DNA of 64,000 nt from Trypanosoma brucei (taxonomy: Eukaryota). The first letter of the stretch is position 1. Every line of letters begins with the position of its first letter. The notes under the pieces are model-generated. The model saw only the letters and a list, made by a program, of their open reading frames with translations. It searched no databases and had not been told where the DNA came from. Made by a program: the position numbers and the translations under genes. The stretch lies in the NCBI GenBank assembly GCA_000002445.1, contig CM000208.1, forward strand, positions 2,304,001-2,368,000. Reading direction: 5' to 3'. Of this stretch, positions 42,480 through 51,600 are shown piece after piece.

Positions 42480-45437
42480 TTGTTTCCCGGTCCACAGGTA
42501 AAAATGGAGCAGGCACAGCGGCCGCCGGACAATGTGATGGGTGTTATGCGTTGTGCTGTTGAGCGGGGTCGCAAGTCATTCGTTGCGTATAAGAAACGTT
42601 TTTGGGTTGTTGATGAGACACAAGGCCGTTTAGAGGTGTACAAAAATGATCAAGAGCCGGTACCGCTAGATAGGTTCTGCGCATCAGAGGTGCGTGGAGT
42701 CATTATATCTGGTGACAGACAGAACAAGTTTTATGGCCTTGTACTGCAACTTCGGCGTGGCCAAAACATCAAACTCCGACTTAGCTCTCTGGCGGAACGG
42801 GATAGGTGGTATGCCGCAATCACTCGTCTCATCGAACGATGCTCCACGTACAATCGTGACTATAATCTGTTGCGCGTCGCGCAACGGAGAACGCTGGTGG
42901 CAGGGCGTTTATTAGGGGTGAACATTACTTTGGCCGTTGCACGATTAAGTGATATCCCTGATGATCTTCTTCAGTACCTGGTGGAAGCCGTTGATGTTGC
43001 CATCGACACAATCTCCGCGGCGGTCCATGCATACGGTGGTGATGTGGAGGTGCCACGGCGGTACACGATCACAGTAGAAGCGGGCCAGGATCGTATTGAT
43101 ACGGGCCCACAGTATGACCCAACTACAGGTAGTCTCCTGCTAAACGTGTGGATTTCACGAGATGTAACAGGTAACGTTCGCTTCAATGTTGCGGATTCGG
43201 CGGAAGTGATGAAAATGACGCAGTCACACGTGTGGCGTGAACCGCGGATCGAGGGGTGGATCACAACAAATCCAAGTTGCGTTGCTGTTTGCCGTGAAAT
43301 TGGTGAAATGCTCGGAAGCAGGAACTTTTCATTTTCATTCCAGTGGGGCCAAAACTTACGGGATACGGAGAGGGTTGAACAATATTTGCATCAGTACGTT
43401 CATGAGGATTTTTTGCGTGCAATTCATCGGAATATCGTCGAGGTAGTGGAGGATTTCAGACGCTCTGATACAGACGCTGACGATTCGTGCTATCTCAAGT
43501 ACATTGGGGACTTTGTTTCTGGAATAGCTATTGTTCTGGATGAATCAACTGTAAATGCGGGGAAGCCACCTCTACTGCGTGTAACAACTACGGTTGAGTA
43601 CCAGCGGCGTTGCAGGCACGCAGTGGTGCTGAAGTCGAAATACTTTGAAGTGTACCGGACGCAGCGTGTGCTGACCAAGTCATTGAGGTTGCAACTTGTA
43701 GAAGTTATTCTCCTAGCAGACCTGAGCAAGCGGCTGAGTGACAGTAAAACTGCCCTAACTCAAGCCATTGGAGGCAACGAATGTGTGCGTATTATATGGG
43801 TTAACTTATTTCGCTCGTTTGCAAGCGTTGGCGCTCAGCTACCTCAATTTAAGTTATCTGATGTGGTCACTTCCATCACTAACACTTATTTGACCCGTCT
43901 AGAAAGCCTACAGCAGTTGGGGTCACTTGAGCTACCGTACGCTGGAGTGAAACCGCTTTACGCATCACTTTTTTCCAATGTCACCACTCTTGTCGTTGAT
44001 TTTGTGCCATTTAAGGAGGACGACGTTTCCCAACTGCCGGAGCCAAAGGTTCACGACGGTATATTGACGGATTACATTGTCTGCTGCACAGCCGCTCAAC
44101 AACGTGCTATGATGAATTTCATTTGTTCGCGAAGAGGTGTACCTCAGATTGATCGAGCCTATGTGCTGTTGAATGGTCTTTTTGCTTTTCCTTCGATGCC
44201 CGCAACTACCTTCAAGGAGTGGTGCGAGAAACAAGCATTTAATGGCGTGGAGGGATACAGTGGGGCGAATGACGATGATTCTAGCTCCCGCTCTTCTGGA
44301 GGAAGTGATGACTTGGGCGATGCTGTGGCGTTTGAGCGCAACGCGGAGGCACAAGTGCTCGATCTGCACCGTGTTGTGAGTACAATCTACGACTCGCAAG
44401 GTGCTGCCGTACACCTTAAGATCGGTGCGGATTCTATCCGTGATGCTATCGAAGCCCTCGAACAGGCATTTGACGGACGTCAGATTCGTAAGCACGATTT
44501 GGTGCGTGTACTTACAGCCAATCTACGTCGACTACGGGCTATTTATAGTCATGCTGTTGGAGGTGAAGTGATGACTCGTCTCGACTTAGATGCGGCAGGA
44601 CGGCTTCTTCGTTCTCTCTGTGAATACAAGGAAAGTGAACAAGGCCTTGATGAGTTGCTTCAGCGATGTGCCCAACAACGACAGCAGGCCGTGAGGCTGG
44701 GAAGCAGTGACTCGGTGCCCCAAGAAAGAAGATCGCTGTCCTGCAGCGCATCGGAAAGTATCTACGATTTTCAATGTGTATCGCAAGTGGCGCTAAACTA
44801 TGTTCTACCACGGGAGGTGAAGCTAGCCCGTAAAGCGTGGCGCGTCGGTCTTGTTGCGGGTCTTCAGGATGTTGGAAAAACGCTGATCCTCAACTCTCTT
44901 CACGGTGTCATACAACCGACATTTCCAACAATTGGACTTTCCCAGAGAGTAATCGCTTTTGAGGAGTGGGTGTTTGCGATGCACGAACTCGGTGGTCGAG
45001 AGAGTTTTCGTGAGAACTGGCGCTACTACGTTGAACGCATGGAGGAGGTCGATTTCTTGTTCTTTGTCGTAGACAGTATGAACAAACGCGCCTTCAAATA
45101 TGCCTCCAATTATCTGCGTGAGATTACCAATTATTTCGTGAATACTCCCCTTGTTGTGTTGTTCAACAATGTCCGTGTAGGCGTTAGAGGCGTTTCCTTG
45201 TTGGATCACTTGTCAGGTGCTGTTAAACTGGACAAAATAAAAAAACGGCAGCCAGAGAGATTCATCATCGTTGGGACATGTGATATTACTGTGGTGAGCT
45301 CGTCGCACCGCACAATTCCTCCGACACTTCTTGAAACTATGCAGCGTCTTGGGGAATATCTACGCCAAGTGTCACCACCGGAGCGAACGCCCAGCGAACC
45401 AAAGAAGGGATCTGGAGTTGAATACACAACGACATAG
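42480..45437 (+). CDS. Multidomain protein (985 aa) with an N-terminal PH-like domain and a C-terminal ARF/ARL-like small-GTPase domain that has substituted catalytic motifs.
   Basis: The PH-like region is RKSFVAYKKRFWVVDETQGRLEVYKND...RDRWYAAITRLI. The ARF-like region (~44830-45260) has the P-loop GLQDVGKT, PTIG (ARF PTIGFN), HELGGRE in place of WDVGGQ, WRYY (ARF WRHYF), FFVVDS, and VLFNNVR in place of NKxD. Confidence 0.8.
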   Translation: MFPGPQVKMEQAQRPPDNVMGVMRCAVERGRKSFVAYKKRFWVVDETQGRLEVYKNDQEPVPLDRFCASEVRGVIISGDRQNKFYGLVLQLRRGQNIKLRLSSLAERDRWYAAITRLIERCSTYNRDYNLLRVAQRRTLVAGRLLGVNITLAVARLSDIPDDLLQYLVEAVDVAIDTISAAVHAYGGDVEVPRRYTITVEAGQDRIDTGPQYDPTTGSLLLNVWISRDVTGNVRFNVADSAEVMKMTQSHVWREPRIEGWITTNPSCVAVCREIGEMLGSRNFSFSFQWGQNLRDTERVEQYLHQYVHEDFLRAIHRNIVEVVEDFRRSDTDADDSCYLKYIGDFVSGIAIVLDESTVNAGKPPLLRVTTTVEYQRRCRHAVVLKSKYFEVYRTQRVLTKSLRLQLVEVILLADLSKRLSDSKTALTQAIGGNECVRIIWVNLFRSFASVGAQLPQFKLSDVVTSITNTYLTRLESLQQLGSLELPYAGVKPLYASLFSNVTTLVVDFVPFKEDDVSQLPEPKVHDGILTDYIVCCTAAQQRAMMNFICSRRGVPQIDRAYVLLNGLFAFPSMPATTFKEWCEKQAFNGVEGYSGANDDDSSSRSSGGSDDLGDAVAFERNAEAQVLDLHRVVSTIYDSQGAAVHLKIGADSIRDAIEALEQAFDGRQIRKHDLVRVLTANLRRLRAIYSHAVGGEVMTRLDLDAAGRLLRSLCEYKESEQGLDELLQRCAQQRQQAVRLGSSDSVPQERRSLSCSASESIYDFQCVSQVALNYVLPREVKLARKAWRVGLVAGLQDVGKTLILNSLHGVIQPTFPTIGLSQRVIAFEEWVFAMHELGGRESFRENWRYYVERMEEVDFLFFVVDSMNKRAFKYASNYLREITNYFVNTPLVVLFNNVRVGVRGVSLLDHLSGAVKLDKIKKRQPERFIIVGTCDITVVSSSHRTIPPTLLETMQRLGEYLRQVSPPERTPSEPKKGSGVEYTTT

Positions 45438-46717
45438 CTCTTGATCTCGTTATGTTGCTGTGACTTGCACTATGTGGTCTCACGGCGTACTTGTTTGAAA
45501 CTCTCTTCGGAGATTCCCTCCCTTCTTTCCTCCCCCCCCCCACCGAGCGGCGCAGTCTTCAAACTTGGCACACGGGAATGGCCAGTAACTTATGCCTGTT
45601 TCATCATATCGTGCGCTTAATAACATTTCTGAAGGATTTACATGCGCCTTTTCCTTCGCTTTTGAGCACCTAGCGGCCGGTAGTTGCGGCAACCTTCGGT
45701 AGATCAATGTTCATTCGACTCACCTTCTTGAGTTAAATGTTGAATTTTAACGTATTCGTGGTTTTCAGTGATCTGCTAGTTGTGAACTCGTTCCTTCCTC
45801 CCCCCTCCTGCACTTCTTTTCGTTGAGTGGTAAGTCGTTGGTCGGCAGGTAGGTGTCATGTACTTCCATCCTCTCCATGTGGTTCCGTTGCTTGCTCCTG
45901 ATGTCTGTATCGGTCAGACCTTATTTGGCTCTTATTAGGTGGGAAGCTGATCACAAAGGAAGAGGTTGATGATATTTTTCACTTACACTTTTTGTTGATC
46001 ACTACACACCGAGGACTGTGTGGCAGTACAAAAGCAGTTGATGTGGGAAAGAAGAAGAGATGCCCCCCCCCCCCGTGGAGCGGAGCGGAGGTTTGCAGGG
46101 GGATGAGGGCTGATGATGGGACTCTTTGGCCCGCACGGTGCGCATGTTGGTGCCTTTTGTAAGGAATTGTGGTGTTGTTTAGGATGTTGCGTTCCCTCAC
46201 CGCCCACGTGAGGTGTTTACTTGCGACTGACAAAAGAAGGCTCCGGTGTGACGCAAGGGGAGGTCAGGTGTGTTCGTTTGAGTTCGAAAACGATGTTACC
46301 CATCAAACCGAATTCGTTTGCAGTGCCACAGCTGCTTAGCTCAATTATTACGTCATTGTTTTTCGTTATCATCGTCACCGGTTTATGTTAGCTTTCGTGG
46401 AGGGACTCTTCTTCGTAAGAGAGGAAAGCGAGTGGCGGATGTGGTGCGGTTGATATCACAACATGTTTCTTCCTGCTTTTTGTTTTTTTTTTGATCGTGA
46501 TCTGTCCAGGGATCAAACTCGCTTCGCGTCCTTTTCACTTGAAGTCACAATTGCTGCCGATTTTTTTCTGATTTGCTCCGTTTACAGCATACTTTGGAAC
46601 GAGGGAAAGCAAAGTAGGGGAGAAAGGAGGTGTATGCGTATTCTTCTGTTTCACTCTCTTTCTACATCCAGAAGGAGGATATTTTTTCCTCCTTTCACAC
46701 TCTAGCCTAGTTGTGAA

Positions 46718-48121
46718 ATGAGTGTTTGCCTTGGCACGGATCCGTCTCCGCAACTGTTTGCAAGTTGGGCTAAGAAACAGGGCATCTTTCTCCACCCCGA
46801 TGTAGCCTTTCTTGTTCCTACCAAAACAATGGGAGCAGGTGTGTTCGCTCGGAGGCAGCTTCCAAAGGAAACTGTTATAGTCAGCTGCCCATTCAGCAGT
46901 TCCATTTCGCCGTATGCGGGGCCTTCCACCGTTGAAGCTCCCTGTGTGAAAGCACTTAATGATACCCAAGTAAAAGATAATGTATTGTACGTGACACTGC
47001 GCTTTATGGCAGAAGTTCTGCGGCCTTCATCGCCTTGGGTACCGTGGCTTAAAACGTGCCCGCGCATGTTAGACCACCTTTTTGGCAATGTGATTGATGA
47101 TAAAGCGTTTTGCTCTGCTACATGTACCTCATTAGGTACTGTTTCGACACGGTGGACATGTCTTTCGCAACAACTGCTCGAGATGAATGTTTCCCAGCGG
47201 TGGGGTCTTGCAGAAGAGATTATGAAACGCTATCCCGAACACTGGCCGGAGGATCGCGCTACGTTTCCTCTTTTTTGTGAGTGTCTGGCCCTGGTGCTCT
47301 CACGTAATTTCCACCGGGAGAACGTTGAGGGCCGTGAAGGTCCTTACTTACTCCCTGGTCTTGACATGGTCAACCACTCCTTTGAGGCGAACGCAATCCT
47401 GGAAATCCGTGGGGGCGGACGCAAGCATAGTTTAACCTTTTGTCTGGTCGCCTCCAAAGAGTTACGTCGTGGAGAGCAGGTGCTTCTTTCCTATGGAAAG
47501 ATTGGCGCCGCACGGTTTGCCGTGGAGTTCCAGTTCGTCACGGATTCTGTTGTAGGGGAGGATATGCTTCGATTTTCCGTTGATGTAATAGTGGACATAG
47601 TTGCAGCTATTATGGCATCGGGTGAAAGCACAAACGACACAGAATCGAACGTAAGGATGTTGCGGCAGCGCGTGGAGCGACTACAGCGCCTTGGGTTTCT
47701 CTTCGATGAGGGTCTTTACATCTCACGATTACCACGCACCTCAATCAACCGTGACTTAGATGCTGTCGGTAGTTCGTGTTCTGCCTCCACTTGGGGTGCC
47801 GAGATCGCACCTGCAACCGTTAAAGATGTTCAGCGGTTCTTTAATGTTTTCCATCTTATGACGGTAAGCACTGGTGAGTTTGACCATCTAATTCACACCA
47901 TAAACCGGGATTGGCAGGTGAAGCGCACAGATGCCTTGATGACCCTAGCGTCCAGGGTGATAGCTATGCGAGCAGAAGCAGCTCATCTGCAGCTGAATTT
48001 GGTTCAAGAGCAGTTTTCAGGGGAGGAACACTCCTCTCGTCGTAGGCTCATGGAAACTGTTCTGAACTCTGAGCTGCAGATGCTGGATACACTTCAGGAG
48101 TACGTGAAAGGAATGTGTTAA
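46718..48121 (+). CDS. SET-domain protein lysine methyltransferase-like (467 aa), SETD6/LSMT-like class.
   Basis: LLPGLDMVNHSFEANA is the SET NH(S/C)xxPN-like motif. ELRRGEQVLLSYG is the SET GEELxxxYG-like motif. It has a long C-terminal helical region. Confidence 0.75.
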   Translation: MSVCLGTDPSPQLFASWAKKQGIFLHPDVAFLVPTKTMGAGVFARRQLPKETVIVSCPFSSSISPYAGPSTVEAPCVKALNDTQVKDNVLYVTLRFMAEVLRPSSPWVPWLKTCPRMLDHLFGNVIDDKAFCSATCTSLGTVSTRWTCLSQQLLEMNVSQRWGLAEEIMKRYPEHWPEDRATFPLFCECLALVLSRNFHRENVEGREGPYLLPGLDMVNHSFEANAILEIRGGGRKHSLTFCLVASKELRRGEQVLLSYGKIGAARFAVEFQFVTDSVVGEDMLRFSVDVIVDIVAAIMASGESTNDTESNVRMLRQRVERLQRLGFLFDEGLYISRLPRTSINRDLDAVGSSCSASTWGAEIAPATVKDVQRFFNVFHLMTVSTGEFDHLIHTINRDWQVKRTDALMTLASRVIAMRAEAAHLQLNLVQEQFSGEEHSSRRRLMETVLNSELQMLDTLQEYVKGMC

Positions 48122-48570
48122 GATTTTTTTCTTGTAGTCGCACAAGGGTTTCGGACGTACCGCTTGTAAATATATAGGGGGGGGGTGTCCAGTTCTTTTT
48201 TTTTTGAGGGTTCGGCGATTAAAGCTCTCAACGATCCCCTTCCTCCCATTTCGTCATTCGCTTTAATTATTTGGGGGCCGCTGGCTACTCTATAATTCCT
48301 GTTCCTGGTTGTTCTACTGTGGTACCATGACACTTCTTGTAGTGTTTACAGATGAGTCTCATCTATACGCACTGCCGCCATATTTTTCGATCTCTCCCAC
48401 TTTCCCTGTTTTCGCCCACCCTCAAGTCTCTCCTCTCCAAAGACGCATCTATATTTACTCTTCTGTATACGTGTGCACACAATTTTTTACACAACTGAGG
48501 TTAAGGTATTGTTGGATCATTGTGGTGAACAATCCTGACGCGTATCGTTGCGCGACGTGGGAAGAGGTCG

Positions 48571-48659
48571 TATATATATATATATATACTTGGTGAGTGG
48601 CTGTGTGTCTGTTCGTATACGTTTGCGTGGCGCAGCGTGGTACAAACATATATATATAT
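48571..48659. repeat. Two (TA)n microsatellites, at 48571-48588 and 48648-48659, flanking the first ATG of the 1860-aa gene.
   Basis: Read directly from the sequence. This suggests the annotated N-terminus (MAVCLFVYVCVAQRGTNIYIYAL) is probably 5' UTR. Confidence 0.7.
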
Positions 48660-51600
48660 GCGCTGATGAATAAGCTGCTTATCACGCTACATGGCTGTCA
48701 TATAATGCATTCCCCGGGTCTCTCGACCGTTTCCCCTCGCGTATTAATAGTGGTGGATGGTGTGTACGAGTTCGTGGCTCACGGGAAAGCTAGCACCTTC
48801 ACATCCTACTTCAACGAGCTTTTCACAGTTGGTTACATTGACCGCTTAACAGTAGTTGAAGTACTTGTATACAATTCGTCAACCACGGGATGTGGAGACT
48901 ACAACGAACAACAGTTGCTTGGGACATGTCGATTATCCACCGTGTGGTTGTTCCAGGGGAAGACACCTAAGCGGCGACGCCATGTTTTGGCGAACGATGC
49001 CGGCATAGCCGGGACAGTTGAGCTCACTTTGATGCTTGACACCTCTAGGGAAGGTAAAGGCAGCTTTGAAGAAGAGACGAACGAGTGGTGTGCCTCGCGT
49101 TTGGTTCGTTTTCTGATGCACAATGATAAGGGCCGTTTGAGGGATGTAGACCTTTTGCTTTCCACAATGGAGACTGATGGAGCACCACTGAGGCCTCTAG
49201 CATCACCCCCAAAATGCGCAGCTGCTTCCTCTGAGAGTTCGCGAAGCTCTTGCGCGGCTTTTGAAGAATTAATGAGGAACCTGTGCGAGGAGTATCACTG
49301 TGAAGAACCTCCGCAGTGTCGGGTCCGGGTTGCTTTGGAAGGTTGTACCTCTCTTGAAGAAAGTGACAAGCACCACTCATCAAATGTAATTGTGGTGTTT
49401 CGGAGTACAGCCGAGGAGTTCGTGTCGCCGTCAAGGCCGTACACGTCTAACCCTGTCTGGGGATCAACGTTGGGTACGGCCACTTTCGACGTCTGTAACC
49501 CGGAGGACTTTGTGCTTGATGTTATTGTGTACCGCATCACTTCGTCATCGGGTTATGTTGAAGTTGGCCGGGCGCGAATACGTGTTTACATGCTCACAAC
49601 GGAATACTCTTCCAAAAGACAATATTTTATTTTCCGCCATGATAGTTACATAACGCCATGTGTTACAGGCGCCGTCCATATCACAATAAAACCGTTGGGG
49701 TTCGGACTGTCACCGAAAGATGCGGGTGGAACCGCCGACTTGTTCCATGCTCGGTTGAATCGTTTTTTTTACCGCTACGATCGTCGGCGACTGCAAGAGG
49801 TGGATATTATTCTCTACTCTCGCAGGAATAAACTGGATGAATTGATGGACGAATTGGAAGTTTACTACGGTCGTGAACCTGGCACGGCAGTACTGTGTTT
49901 GACTGTGGAGGAGGTGCAATCGTTATTGCATGTTGCATCTACGGACCTCGATGGTGAGGATGTAGTAGTTGTGGTCACAATGGGTAGCCAATCGAACCGT
50001 ACAGACGCTAAGCGAGTGACTGCGAACTCTCGAATAGTTTTTGGCAATGCTTTTCAGATTGACGTTGTTCGAGAAACTGATATGATACGGTTTGAAGTAG
50101 TGAAAGCAGGATGTGAGGACGTTGTGTACGGAAGCGTGGATTTTACTTGCCTCAGAATTCAGAAAGGTGTTGAGAATACCCGGACGCTGTATTTGGTAGG
50201 AGCTGCGGGCACAGAGAAGGCATTTCTAAGTGGAACAATAACAGTTACTTTTTTCAGTGAAAATTTGGGCCAGTCGTACACTGCTGATACAGAATCAGAG
50301 TGCATGTATGCAGGGCGTCTGCGTCGCTATGCGTGTCAGCACGCACCAGAAAAACTGCATCTTGTGGACGTGGCGGTTGCTACTGTTTTCGATACTGAGG
50401 GATTCATGAAGGAAATGAGTCGAGATTATGGCGAAGAGAATCCAACTTATGTGCTGTACATGACAGTATTGGGGTGTCGAAAGCTGAGGAAGCGTTTTGG
50501 GTTTACAATGAGTGCGTACGTTGTCGCTCGTATGGGCGTGGACCGCTACGAGACACGTGTAGTGAGAAATAGTACGAAGCCGGACTACTTTGAATTCTTT
50601 GAGTTTTTTATAGATCAGTTCGCGCACACGGAACTCACCCTAGTAGTTATGGATCAGTACGACATGGGTACCGACAAAGAGGTTGGCCGGACTGTCATTC
50701 CCTTGGAAAATGCAATCCCCGAGCATCAGTACAACCTCTGGTTGCCTCTCATGAAGGATGGGTGCTCCAACTGTGGGTTTGTGGGTGTGAAGTTTGTGGT
50801 AAAGGATCTTCAACTTCGCGACTCGTTGTGTGACCACGTCAAAGCAGGAACCTTCTCAGAGCGTTGCGGCCCTAGACAAGAGGAGCTTACATCGCCAAAT
50901 GAGTCACGACGGGCAACAGGTGTTACCAATTTTTCCAACGCGTTATACCACTTGTTTGGTGGGTGGGGCAAGAGAATATTCCGTGCGCCTCGGTGGCAGC
51001 CGTGGCGGGACGAGTCCAGCAAGGGGTTCTCCAAGCTCAAGGTATCTGAAGGGGTTTCGGGCTGTGAGCATGGATCAGATCACCCAGTGCTTGCGAACAT
51101 CATTGACGACGGCATCTACTCTGCAAGTGAGTTCTTGCGACCCAGAACAGCGAGAACGGCACCCAAGTTATTATCAAATCTTCTTGTTAAACAGCGTGCT
51201 CGTCACACCCTCGTCCCGCAAACACCTAACTCTACCACAGGAAGGCGGTTTTTACATGTACACCTCCACTACTGTGACGACTTGGAAGAGAGGCGTTTAG
51301 TTCCTCCAAGCCCATGTGTGATGCTCGCAACGCTCAGGACAACATACATTTCGAGAACAGCGTTCGAAACTTGTTCACCCCGATATGACGATGTGTTTCA
51401 TTTTCCCATCACTTGCCCAGATGAGGACTTTCTTACCATAACAGTCATGACAGACACGCCGTACGGTAGAAAAACTCTTGGGTTCTGTATGCTCTCCATA
51501 AAAAATGTTTGCTATGGCATGCCTCAAACGCGTTACGTAGCGCTGGTGGTCGCCCCTCATGGATCTGTGGCGCAACAACGTGGTGTGGTGTGTCTCTCCC

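Noticed and set aside
43965-44495. A 176-aa minus-strand ORF, plus other 100-140-aa antisense ORFs inside the LRR, multi-C2, kinase and 1406-aa genes
   Set aside because: They are fully embedded antisense to much longer + strand ORFs with recognisable domains. The cluster is unidirectional.
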